NCBI RefSeq assembly: GCF_035084215.1
Contig: NC_090338.1
Location: forward strand, 8,060,001-8,124,000
Direction of reading: 5' to 3'
Source of the DNA: Heptranchias perlo
Lineage: Eukaryota
DNA: 64,000 nt
Both the position numbers and the translations under genes were made by a program. This document shows, in pieces, positions 1 through 10,436 of this stretch (the stretch's first letter is position 1; each line of letters begins with the position of its first letter). Under the pieces are notes generated by a model. That model was not told the DNA's origin. It did no database searches and was given only the letters and a program-made list of their open reading frames with translations.

Positions 1-1
1 T

Positions 2-2251
2 GAAGATTTTGGACTGGACGTTGGAAAATTGTCAGCTCGGAAAGGTCGGCTGGTCTCTGACGACAGAGAGCGGTATTTGGAGGTAAATTTGGAAAATGGG
101 ATTTTATTTGTCAACAACAGAATAGACAGAGAACAGCTTTGCGGGCCAATCCCTGCCTGTATTATTTCTTTCCAAATATTGATTGAAAATTCTCCAGAGA
201 TGTACCGCGGTCAAGTGGAGATTCTCGATATAAATGATAATTCGCCCAGTTTTCCGGAGAGCACCATTCTCTTACAGATGGCCGAATCCATTGCACCAGG
301 CTCACGCTTCCCGCTAGAGAGCGCGCTCGATCCAGACGTGGGGACAAACACAATCACCACTTACAAGATCAGTCCTAATGAGCACTTCGGTCTAAAAGTG
401 CAGAGTGCAGAGGACGGTACTAAAACTGCCGAGTTGCTGTTGGAGACACCCTTAGACCGCGAGCGGCAGTCATCCCTTCAACTGGTGCTGACGGCCATTG
501 ACGGAGGGAATCCTCACAGATCTGGGACCGCGCGGATTATCATTAATGTGCTGGACAGCAACGATAATGCGCCTGCATTCGATCACGAGGTCTACAAGGC
601 CAGCCTGGTAGAAAACGCACCCAGGGGTACCTTGGTGGTTACAGTCCATGCCGCTGATCCCGACGAAGGTCCGAATGCTGAGGTAACATATTCTTTCAGT
701 AACCGTGCTTCCCAGAAAGTGCGTGAATTGTTCAGTTTGGATCCGCAAACGGGAGGGATTACGGTTCAAGGAATAGTTGATTATGAAGAAGCAAGGCGTT
801 ATACAGTTGACATTCAAGCTGTGGACAATGGTTCACCAGCAATTTCAGGACATTCCAAAGTCCTGATCAGGATAATTGACGTGAATGATAACGCCCCTGA
901 AATAAAAGTCACTTTAGTGTCTAGCACGGTCCCAGAAGATGCTGCACGTGGGACAATGATAGCCTTGATCAATGTAATCGATCGCGATTCTGGAGAGAAC
1001 GGACAAGTGCACTGTCAGATTCCATTGGACGTTCCCTTTAAGCTTCAAACATCTTTGAGCAACCATTATAAATTGATTACGAGTGGCTTGTTGGATCGTG
1101 AAACTGTCCCTCTGTATAACATAGAAATTTTAGCCTGGGACTCGGGGTCTCCTTCACTATCAACAAATAAAACCATTCTGGTATCGGTTTCTGATGCAAA
1201 TGATAACGCCCCACGGTTTGCCCGCTCCTCGTACACCGAGTATGTGATGGAGAACAACGCTCCTGGTGCTTCTATTTTCGCATTAAGTGCGTTCGATCCT
1301 GATCTGGACCAGAATTCCTATGTTACTTATTCGTTCACAGAGCATCTTATCCAAGACTCGCCAGCGTCCACCTACCTCAATATTAACCCGATGAACGGGA
1401 CCATTTACGCGTTGAGCTCTTTTGACTACGAGCAAATCAAAAACTTCCAAATCCAAGTTCAAGCCCGTGACGCTGGAGTTCCCCCGCTGAGCAGCAGCGC
1501 CACAGTGAATGTGATTATCCTGGATCAAAATGACAACGCTCCCGTAATTGTTTCGCCTTCAGCACGGAGCGGATCGGCAGCAGCGGAGATCGTGCCACAG
1601 TCTGCAGGTCAGGGGTACTTGGTCACCAAGATAATCGCAACTGATGCCGATTCTGGTCAGAACGCACGGCTCTCCTACCAGGTGCTGAAAGCAACTGATC
1701 CCAGTTTGTTCAACGTGGAACATAAGTCTGGAGAAATCAGAACAGCCCGAAGTATTTTGGAGCAAGATGCCACCACGCAAAGTCTGGTGATCTTGGTAAA
1801 GGATAATGGTCAGCCGAGCCTCTCCAGCACCGTTACAATTCTCTTTTCAATCTTGGCCAATGTTACTGAAAGATTCCCTGAAAGTAGCAACTTGGTTACA
1901 AATCCTGAATATTTCTCGGATCTAAATCTTTATTTAATCGTCATTTTAGGTTCAACTTCCTTTATATTTCTTGTAACCATCATTTTGCTGATCGGCATCA
2001 AGTGTAAACAGGACAGAAATATCACCGAAGACTTCAACTCCCCAAGTTGTTGCTACAGATTAGGAGATTCAAACGATACCTTTAATCGGGGACGTGCACT
2101 GAAGGAATCTTTAAACTATACTGGGGCTGGTGAGATGGCTCGCATCCCTGAAACGTACCATTACTCGGTTTGTCTATCTCCAGAATCAGCAAAGAGCGAT
2201 TTTCTGTTTTTGAAGCCCTGCACACCTCACACGTCTCAGGCCCAATGTTAA
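2..2251 (+). CDS. Clustered protocadherin variable-type exon V1 (group A), 5'-truncated by the window edge; protocadherin-10-like cytoplasmic motif
   Basis: Frame is open from position 2 (EDFGLDVGKLSARK...). It contains cadherin DRE/DYE, DxNDNxP and AxDxG motifs, an EC1 C-X5-C motif (CGPIPAC), TM LYLIVILGSTSFIFLVTIILLIGI and tail YSVCLSPESAKSDFLFLKPC. Stop is TAA 2249-2251. Confidence 0.95.
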   Translation, partial: EDFGLDVGKLSARKGRLVSDDRERYLEVNLENGILFVNNRIDREQLCGPIPACIISFQILIENSPEMYRGQVEILDINDNSPSFPESTILLQMAESIAPGSRFPLESALDPDVGTNTITTYKISPNEHFGLKVQSAEDGTKTAELLLETPLDRERQSSLQLVLTAIDGGNPHRSGTARIIINVLDSNDNAPAFDHEVYKASLVENAPRGTLVVTVHAADPDEGPNAEVTYSFSNRASQKVRELFSLDPQTGGITVQGIVDYEEARRYTVDIQAVDNGSPAISGHSKVLIRIIDVNDNAPEIKVTLVSSTVPEDAARGTMIALINVIDRDSGENGQVHCQIPLDVPFKLQTSLSNHYKLITSGLLDRETVPLYNIEILAWDSGSPSLSTNKTILVSVSDANDNAPRFARSSYTEYVMENNAPGASIFALSAFDPDLDQNSYVTYSFTEHLIQDSPASTYLNINPMNGTIYALSSFDYEQIKNFQIQVQARDAGVPPLSSSATVNVIILDQNDNAPVIVSPSARSGSAAAEIVPQSAGQGYLVTKIIATDADSGQNARLSYQVLKATDPSLFNVEHKSGEIRTARSILEQDATTQSLVILVKDNGQPSLSSTVTILFSILANVTERFPESSNLVTNPEYFSDLNLYLIVILGSTSFIFLVTIILLIGIKCKQDRNITEDFNSPSCCYRLGDSNDTFNRGRALKESLNYTGAGEMARIPETYHYSVCLSPESAKSDFLFLKPCTPHTSQAQC

Positions 2252-3790
2252 ATTACAGAGATTTGATAACACAGAGGCAGGAGGAACTTACTGGTAACGT
2301 TCTGCTATCTACGTATGTATAGCATTCCGGATGAAGATCTAAAATCTGTTTCCTTTAAGAATCTCTTGGTTTTTTTTGACGCGGGTGCATAGAATTGTTA
2401 ATATCGTTAATCAAAGGAAATTATGGAAATTAAAAGGCACCGGTGATACCGCAGCTACCCGTTTGAAACTGGTATCTGTTAACAGTGAAGGGAAGCTGGC
2501 AGACGATTTATTCTACGAGCTACACAATCCAGATTGTGTTAAGGTCAGCCCACAAAGGACATTGGGGCATGGTTACCTGAACGCATGCACAGAATTCCGC
2601 TTTAAGGTCTAATTTTTTATTGTTAGCAAAAGTGGGTTGAGGGCTCCTATTCCCTCATATCATTGAAAAGGGTTCGACGTGAAGTTTTGAAAGGTCATAG
2701 CTGGTCTAATTAAATCGTGTCATGATGGGACCCGAAATTGCTTAGCAAAAACGCGAAAGTGGCAGTCTAACTGCAGCTAAAAATTACAGTATGAATTATC
2801 TTGGAAATCAGACAATTGGAATGTAAGAACGTTGAAAAGTAAGGGACTAGAAAATACCATTTGGCCCACAAAGCTCACCCCATTTATTACTCCACATTAA
2901 CACTGGCTGGTGCATGCACATTATAAGCATTGTTGGCACTTACGCTAAACTGATTGTATATCGGGTGTTAAGAGCCGAACTGACTCTCCGACAAAAATAA
3001 TGAGAACTGTCCCCTCCAATATAATTTCAAAAAAGCCAAACAAATTCTGAGATATGAACAAAGCCGGGATTTCGAGTTCTGCTCTCCAGCCCGCGATTTT
3101 CTGCACATTAAAATGAGTTGGAAAAAATATCGCCGGTTGGAGCAGAACCAGAAACCCCAGCCCACCCCCAAAGGTTATACAGGGACTTTACAATTTACTG
3201 GTCAGAACACACCAGTCAAAACTTGCTGTTTGCTACCTCGGTGTGAGTGCGCTTGGCACGTTCATGTGACATTCATCGGGTTATTACTTTGATGGAGGTG
3301 TTAACGCATTTATATTAGGTAGGGTGGTGCCTCCGTTTGAGTGGCCAACAGAGGAATATTTTGCCAGCGTGTTGAACATTTGCGGACTGGTGCTTCACTG
3401 GACGATTTCTAGACTTGGAGTATTGTGTTTATGACTGATTACAACTCCATGAAAAAAATATAAGAACTAAAGTACAGAGAAGGCGAACAAGACTTCTGGA
3501 ACATGTACAGGATGAGTCCTCAAATAACCATACAGAAGCTTAAGGCCTACAGTGCATAAAGAACGTGGTTGGGAGAAACAAAAATATAATGACAGATTAA
3601 ACAGAGGATTACATTGAATTAAGGCAGTAAAATGACACCGGGGGACATAAATTTCAATTAGTGTGAAATAGTTTTACGATTTTTATTAGGGAGGATTTTA
3701 CTCAAACGATTGTAGCATGGATATGAAGCGGTTCTGATTCACCCAGAGGTTGAGTGCAGCTTTAATTCCCATTGGGGACCCCACCTCCAC
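2252..3790 (+). repeat. Tandem-duplicated 3' flank of V1, paralogous to 8587-10420
   Basis: Long colinear matches, e.g. cccgtttgaaactggtatctgttaac and gcggtt.tgattcacccagagg...ccacctcca, occur in both copies. Confidence 0.85.
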
Positions 3791-3821
3791 CATAACTATT
3801 ATTTGATGAAGAAATGCGTCT

Positions 3822-4125
3822 AAGACTAGGGGACATGACCTAAAATTAAGAGACAGGGCTTTCAGGAGTGAAGTTAGGAAGCACTTCTACATGCAAAGGA
3901 TGGTAAAAGTTTGGAAGTCTTTTCCGTAGACAACAGCTGATGCTAGCACAATTGTTAATTTTAAATTTGAGATTGATAGACTTTTGTTAACCAAAGGTAT
4001 CAAGAGATATGGGGCTAAGGCAGGTATATGGAGTTAAGTCACAGATCAGCCATGATCTCATTGAATGGCGGAACAGGCTCGAGGCGCGAAATGACCTATT
4101 CCTGTTCCCATTTTCCTATGTTCCT
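3822..4125 (+). mobile_element. CR1 LINE 3' fragment
   Basis: Encodes a CR1 ORF2 C-terminal remnant (..KTRGHDLKL..). The 3' UTR gatcagccatgatctcattgaatggcgg ends in a tcctatgttcct tail. Confidence 0.75.
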
Positions 4126-4472
4126 CTGCTTCTTAATATCTCTTTAAAATTATTTCATATTAATTTACAGTTATGTCCCCAAATACTACTTTGCAGGCAT
4201 AATTATCATTACATATTTTGTTTTTCTCTAAAACCACATTCTTTTTAAACCGTGGAATTCAGCTTCTGTAATCTTATTTCATAGCACTGTGTTGCTCTTT
4301 GCGCCATCATCAGCGGTACTATATGTCGCGCATGGGTTGTGATCAGATATAAACATAATACTCCAAAGTCTAGAAATGACCTAGAAGTGTAGCACCAGTC
4401 CATAAATGCTCGACACACACACATTTCTCCGCAACAATCAGCTGAAGGGACCGATCTACCTAAGATAATTTG

Positions 4473-4589
4473 ATGTGGAGATGCCGGTGATGGACTGGGG
4501 TGGACAAATGTGAGGAATCTTACAACACCAGGTTATAGTCCAACAGTTTTACCGTTGGACCATAACCTGGTGTTGTAAGATTCCTTACA
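4473..4589. mobile_element. Short inverted-repeat insertion, probably a Penelope-like element terminal fragment
   Basis: 37-bp arms at 4508-4544 and 4554-4590 match at 35/37 with a 9-nt loop. The insert is flanked by the direct repeat TAAGATAATTTG (4461-4472, 4590-4601). The family call is from recall, not a search. Confidence 0.6.
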
Positions 4590-5893
4590 TAAGATAATTT
4601 GGTTAATATTACCTTCAAATTAACCGGCAGGAAAATGCCACAAGAACCTGCCAAGCATTCGTACACCAACATCGCAAATAGCATTTTTTTAGGATCAAAT
4701 GCGTTCTGACCAGTACGTTGTAAAGCCCCAGCATAGCTGCTAGAGATATTGCTTTGGCTGCTTACCTTGGTATTCTTTTTAGTTTTATTAAGACAAATAT
4801 TTTGCAAGTATATAGAGCTCCATGTCTGATTTAACATAAATTAGTCCTGATGATTTATATTCTCAGTTTTGCATTTCGTTTCACATCAATTGCCATTTGC
4901 CTCCAACTTTCTAATAATTTATGATCGTTAACTTATACAATCTGCTCCTGTTTATAACCATGCTGCTTGGCTAATGCTATAAGCCAGGTGAATTCCGTTC
5001 ACAGACATTTTAGGACATAGTTGTACTGCCATGTTTGTGTCAACGTGAAGCGATTTCTAATTTGCAGCATGCTGAAGTGGCAATCCAACTAGGAAATCAG
5101 ATCTAAATTGACTCCTCAACACACTATAATGAATGAAATGGCTTCACACTGGCTTGCGTTCACATTACTATGTAGCATCAGCCCCCTGTGAAGCGCATTT
5201 TAAAAGTGTACAGACACCCACAATGCTACTTGATAAACCTTTTTTAATGCTAGGGGAAAGTAGATGTACTTTCTTAATATTAAGGAATAGTTGACTCGTG
5301 GACCTCTGCACGTGCGTCCAAGCAACCAAGCCCAGATCTCCTTTGTGGCTTACCTTGGTATGACCCGCAGCCGCAGTATAGCTCGGGTCTGCGGATTGTG
5401 TCTCATACCTCGCAAATACCTCTTTGCAGAATCAGCCATATCTTAAGGCAAAATTAAAATTGGTCTACTATTTTTAGAACAAGCTTCAAATTTTTTCATC
5501 AATAATAGCTACGGTTAGATTCAAAAGAACGGTCATTTCAGTATCTAGAAAAGGAATACAGAAATAATTTTAAAACTAATGTTCTTTCCACTAGCAGTTG
5601 CAAAATTTGAAAATAATTAAGATAAGACGGTCATTAATAAATTATATTGATAGATCCCGAACCGCTCCCTTCATGCGTGGAAAATTACTTACGATGCTAC
5701 TGTGACAAAACTATAAATAGAAGAGCAATGGGTGGAAAGTCTCAACGTTATAACATAAATTACACTTTAAAGGATAAGTGAGGACCCTGAAAGAAAAAAA
5801 ATTGCGAAAGGAAATGAACAGTGTCTGGATATTATGGTTGTACACTACTAAAAGGCTCATTATGCTTGCTTGTCCTTACTCCGGGAACAATCT

Positions 5894-5960
5894 AGCTTTA
5901 AGAATAACTGGTGCAGTTATTGGCGGAGACTCATTGCGTCGCTGTGTACCAATGAGGAGC
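5894..5960 (+). promoter_or_regulatory. Pcdh promoter conserved sequence element (CSE, CGCT box) of V2
   Basis: AGCTTTAAGAA...TGCAGTTATTGG...GCGTCGCTGTGTACCAATGAGGAGC. CGCT is at 5940-5943 and CCAAT at 5949-5953, about 250 bp before the ATG. The block recurs before each intact exon. Confidence 0.85.
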
Positions 5961-6189
5961 TTAAGCACACGAGAGATCCATTGCTCCTCCTCCAGCACAG
6001 AACAAGAACGGAATCACAGAGAAAGACAATCGTTGCCTGCGTTCAGTTTGTGGAGCCAACTGCGCGAGTTCGCTCGACATTTGGATATATCGTGAGACGT
6101 ATTTTGTGTTCCGGCGGGCTCTTGAGATTTTAATCGACTACCGGTTTAAATTTGCATATCGACAAAAATAACCTGGTCCGTTAGTAACA

Positions 6190-8586
6190 ATGGCGAATTC
6201 ACGGAGCACCAACGCCTTAAAATGCGAGCTGTTGGGTATCATTGTCCTACTTTCTGCGTCGGCTCTGGTTTTTGGAAAAATTCACTATTCCATTCCCGAG
6301 GAAATGGATCCGGGCGCTTTTGTTGGGAATGTGGCCGAAGATTTGGGATTGAACGTTCGAAAATTGACGGCTCGAAGATTCCGGCTGGCTTCCGCTGACA
6401 GAAGGCAGTGTTTGGAGGTGAATTTAGAAAACGGGATTTTATTTGCTAATGAAAGGATAGATAGAGAAGAGCTTTGTGGACCGATGCCTGCGTGTGTCCT
6501 TTCTTTCGAAATTGTAATAGAAGAGCCTTTAGAGATGTACCGCGGTGAAGTGGAGATTCTCGATATCAATGATAATTCGCCCGTTTTCCCGGAGAGCCCC
6601 ATTCTCTTACAGATGGCCGAATTCATTGCACCAGGCTCACGCTTCCCGCTAGAGAGCGCACTCGATCCAGACGTGGGGACAAACGCAATCACCACTTATA
6701 AGATCAGTCCCAATGAGCACTTTGGTCTAAAAGTGCAGAGTGCGGAGGACGGTACTAAAACTGCCGAGTTGCTGTTGGAGACACCCTTAGACCGCGAGCG
6801 GCAGTCATCCCTTCAACTGGTGCTGACGGCCATTGACGGAGGGAATCCTCACAGATCTGGGACCGCGCGGATTATCATTAATGTGCTGGACAGCAACGAT
6901 AATGCGCCTGCGTTCGATCACAAGATCTATAGGGTCAGCCTGGCAGAAAATTCACCCAGGGGTACCTTGGTGGTTACAGTCCATGCCGCTGACCCCGACG
7001 AAGGTCCGAATGCTGAGGTATCATATTCATTCAGCAACCGTGCATCCCAGAAAGTGCGTGAATTGTTCAGTTTGAACGCAACAACAGGAGAAATTACAGT
7101 CCAAGGAATACTTGATTATGAAGAAGCAAACAGTTACGCGATTGACGTTCAAGCTGTGGACAATGGTTCACCAGCAATTGCAGGACATTCTAAAGTTCTG
7201 ATCAAACTAATTGATGTAAATGATAACGCCCCCGAGATATTATTGACGTCAGTGTCTGGCACGGTCCCCGAAAATGCTGCTCCCGGGACTGTGACAGCTT
7301 TGATCAATGTAATCGATCGGGATTCTGGGGAAAACGGCCAAGTCCACTGCCAGATCCCGAAGAACGTCCCCTTTAAAATTCAAACATCTTCGAGTAACCA
7401 TTATAAATTGATTACCAGTGGCTTGTTGGATCGTGAAACGGTTCCAATGTATAACATACCAGTGTTAGCCTGGGACTCGGGGTCTCCTTCACTATCAACA
7501 AATAAAAGCATCCAAATATCGGTTTCTGATGTAAATGATAACGCCCCACGGTTTGCCCGCTCCTCGTACACCGAGTATGTGATGGAGAACAACGCTCCTG
7601 GTGCTTCTATTTCCGCAGTGACTGCGTTCGATCCTGATCTGGACCAGAATTCCTATGTTACTTATTCATTCAAAGATAACCTTATTCAAGGCTCGCCAGC
7701 GTCCACTTACCTCAGTATTAATTCGATGAACGGGACCATTTACGCGCTGCGCTCTTTTGACTACGAGCAAATCAAAAACTTTCAGATCCAGGTTCAAGCT
7801 CGTGACGGTGGAGTTCCCCCACTGAGCAGCAGCGCCACAGTGAATGTGATTATCCTGGATCAAAATGACAACGCTCCCGTAGTTGTTTTGCCTTCATCAC
7901 GGAGCGGATCAGCAACAGCGGAGGTCGTGCCACAGTCTGCAGATCAGGGGTACTTGGCCATCAAGATAATCGCAACTGATGCCGATTCTGGTCAGAACGC
8001 ACGGCTCTCCTACCAGTTGCTGAAAGCAACTGATCCCAGTTTGTTCAACGTGGGGCTTAACTCTGGAGAAATCAGAACAGCCCGAAGCATCTTGGAGCAA
8101 GATGCCACCACGCAAAGTCTGGTGATCCTGGTGAAGGATAATGGTCAGCCGCGCCTCTCCAGCACCGTTACAATTCTCTTTTCAATCTTGGCCAATGTTA
8201 CTGAAACATTCCCTGAAAGTAGCAACTTGGTTACAAATCCTGAATATTTCTCGGATCTAAATCTTTATTTAATCATCATTTTAGGTTCAACTTCCTTTAT
8301 ATTTCTTGTAACCATCATTTTGCTGATCGGCATCAAATGTAAACAGGACAGAAATATCACCGAAGACTTCAACTCCCCAAGTTGTTGCTACAGATTAGGA
8401 GATTCTAACGATACCTTTAATCGGGGACCTGCACTGAAGGAATCTTTAAACTATACTGGGGCTGGTGAGATGGCTCGCATCCCTGAAACGTATCATTACT
8501 CGGTTTGTCTATCTCCAGAATCAGCAAAGAGCGATTTTCTGTTTTTGAAGCCCTGCACACCGCCCATGTCTCAGGCTCAATGTTAA
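6190..8586 (+). CDS. Clustered protocadherin variable-type exon V2 (group A), 798 aa, single ORF
   Basis: Kozak acaATGG, signal peptide, EC1 start IHYSIPEE, C-X5-C (CGPMPAC), six cadherin repeats, TM, CLSPESAKSDFLFLKPC tail and stop TAA. Confidence 0.96.
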   Translation: MANSRSTNALKCELLGIIVLLSASALVFGKIHYSIPEEMDPGAFVGNVAEDLGLNVRKLTARRFRLASADRRQCLEVNLENGILFANERIDREELCGPMPACVLSFEIVIEEPLEMYRGEVEILDINDNSPVFPESPILLQMAEFIAPGSRFPLESALDPDVGTNAITTYKISPNEHFGLKVQSAEDGTKTAELLLETPLDRERQSSLQLVLTAIDGGNPHRSGTARIIINVLDSNDNAPAFDHKIYRVSLAENSPRGTLVVTVHAADPDEGPNAEVSYSFSNRASQKVRELFSLNATTGEITVQGILDYEEANSYAIDVQAVDNGSPAIAGHSKVLIKLIDVNDNAPEILLTSVSGTVPENAAPGTVTALINVIDRDSGENGQVHCQIPKNVPFKIQTSSSNHYKLITSGLLDRETVPMYNIPVLAWDSGSPSLSTNKSIQISVSDVNDNAPRFARSSYTEYVMENNAPGASISAVTAFDPDLDQNSYVTYSFKDNLIQGSPASTYLSINSMNGTIYALRSFDYEQIKNFQIQVQARDGGVPPLSSSATVNVIILDQNDNAPVVVLPSSRSGSATAEVVPQSADQGYLAIKIIATDADSGQNARLSYQLLKATDPSLFNVGLNSGEIRTARSILEQDATTQSLVILVKDNGQPRLSSTVTILFSILANVTETFPESSNLVTNPEYFSDLNLYLIIILGSTSFIFLVTIILLIGIKCKQDRNITEDFNSPSCCYRLGDSNDTFNRGPALKESLNYTGAGEMARIPETYHYSVCLSPESAKSDFLFLKPCTPPMSQAQC

Positions 8587-9304
8587 ATTACAGAGATTTG
8601 ATAACACAGAGGCAGGAGGAACTTCCTGATAATTTAATGCTATATGTGTAGCATTACCGACGAAGTACTAAAATTTGTTTCCTTTAAGAATCTCAATTGT
8701 GTTTGGGGAAAAAAAGTCATAATTCTCGTTAATGTTGTTATTCAAAGGAAATGGTGGAAAATAAAATGCTCCGCTGATACTGCAGTGACCCGTTTGAAAC
8801 TGGTATCTGTTAACCGTGAAGGGTAGCCGGCGGACGATTTATTCTACGAGCTACACAATCCAGTTTGTGTAAACGTCAGCTCACGAAGGACCTTGTGGTA
8901 TGGGTACCTGAACGCATGAGCAGAATTCCGCTTTAAAGTCTTATAATTTTTAATGTCAGCAAAAGCGGATTAAGGGCTCATATTCCCTCATAACATCGAT
9001 AAAAGGTTCTACGTGGAGTTTTAAAAGTTCATAGCTGGTCTAATGGAGTCATGTTGTGATTTCCGCATTGATATGCACCCGAAATTGCATAGCAAAGACA
9101 TTGCATAGCAAAGATGCCAAAGTGGTAGTATAGCTGTCGACAAAATATAAAATTTAATGTATTAAAATATAAGATATTTTGGGAGCCAGACAATTGGAAT
9201 ATAAGAAGGTTAAAATTTAAGGGACGAGAAAAGACAATTTGGCCTATATAACTCCGCCCTTTTATTACCCCACATTAACACTGGTTGGTGCATTCATAGA
9301 TAAC

Positions 9305-9440
9305 AAAGAATTACATAGATTACGTAGAATGTACAGCACAGAAACAGGCCTTTTGGCCCAAAAGTTCCATGTCGGTGTTTATGCTCCACACGAGTCTCCT
9401 CCCACCCCTCTTCATTTCACCCTATCAGCATAACTTTCTG
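9305..9440 (-). mobile_element. CR1 3'-tail fragment
   Basis: tagaatgtacagcacagaaacaggcc... matches the minus-strand tail at 56135/60855. It is absent from the paralogous V1 flank near 2920. Confidence 0.7.
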
Positions 9441-9885
9441 TAAGCATTGTTGGAAAGCGGTTTGTCTTGGCATTGACACTACAACTGATTGTAAAACGCG
9501 TGTTAAGACCTGAACTCCGGCAAAGACAATGAGACTTATCCCCTCCAAAATAAATTCAAAAAAACCAACAAAATTCTGAGGTACATTGCCAGAACAAAGC
9601 CTGTGGTTTTGACTTCCGCCCTCCAGCCCGGGATTTATTGCCTATATAAATACGTTTAGACAAATGCTGGATGGGGGCAGAAGTCGAAAACTTAGGCCGC
9701 CAATGGTAATGCAGGGACTTTACAATTCACTGGTCAGAACACAGGTGTGAAAATTTATCTGTTTGAGATCTCGGTGTGCGTGTGCTTGGCACATTCGTGT
9801 GACATTTATCTGGTTATTACTTTGATGGAGGTGTTAACGCATTTTATGTTAGGTAGAGTGGTGTCTCTGTTTGATTGGCCAACAG

Positions 9886-9976
9886 TAACTACACAGCTAA
9901 CGTTCTTTATTGGCTGTAAAGTGCTTTGGAACGCGTATTGGTAGTAAAAGACGCTATATAAATGCACGTTCTTTCC
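9886..9976 (+). mobile_element. Deu-domain SINE (SacSINE1-like) 3' tail fragment
   Basis: attggctgtaaagtgctttgg...cgctatataaatgcacgttctttc. It is similar to 55097-55166 and absent from the paralog near 3350. Confidence 0.6.
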
Positions 9977-10436
9977 GTTGAGGTATTTTTTGCGAGGGTG
10001 TTGAGTATTGCGAACTGGTGCTGCGCAGGAAGAATTCTAGACTTGGAATATTGTTTATTGCTGATCACAACTCTATGAAAAAGGTATAAGAACTGATGAG
10101 GGTGCAGAGAACACGAACAAGGCTGATGGAACATATGAAGGGGATGAGTAATCAGATATTCGTACAAGGTCCAGTGTCCAGAAAGAAGGTGGTTATGGGA
10201 AAAAAAATCAAAATGTACAATGACATGTTAAACAAAGGATTGCGTTAAATCCAGTCAGCAAAGTGACACGTGGGAAATAACTTTGAATTAGTTTGCAATA
10301 TTTCTAAACTTTTCATTATAAAGGATTTTAGTCAAACAACGATAGCTTCAATGTGAAGCGGTTTTGATTCACCCAGAGGGCGAGTGCAGCCTCAATTTCT
10401 ATTGGGGACGCCACCTCCAGCTTCAGGATGCATTTC

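Noticed and set aside
1481-1507. Possible exonic CTCF site (ccgctgagcagcagcgccacag) in EC5
   Set aside because: It fits the CTCF core weakly and is explained by the conserved PPLSSSATV peptide.
2-2251. Assigning the symbol PCDH10 or PCDHG/PCDHA to these genes
   Set aside because: The tail motif is PCDH10-like, but the tandem array and CSE promoters indicate clustered Pcdhs. Orthology needs a phylogeny.
5778-6133. Similar short ORFs upstream of V2, psi1 and V3 (e.g. LALRITGAVIG...RCVPMRS)
   Set aside because: The similarity comes from the conserved promoter DNA; starts, lengths and frames are not conserved.
6285-6695. Recurrent minus-strand ORFs over Pcdh exons (also 18302-18838, 34049-34237, 51926-52114)
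   Set aside because: These are antisense shadows of paralogous coding sequence with no independent motif. Antisense lncRNA, as at mammalian Pcdh-alpha, cannot be judged from sequence.
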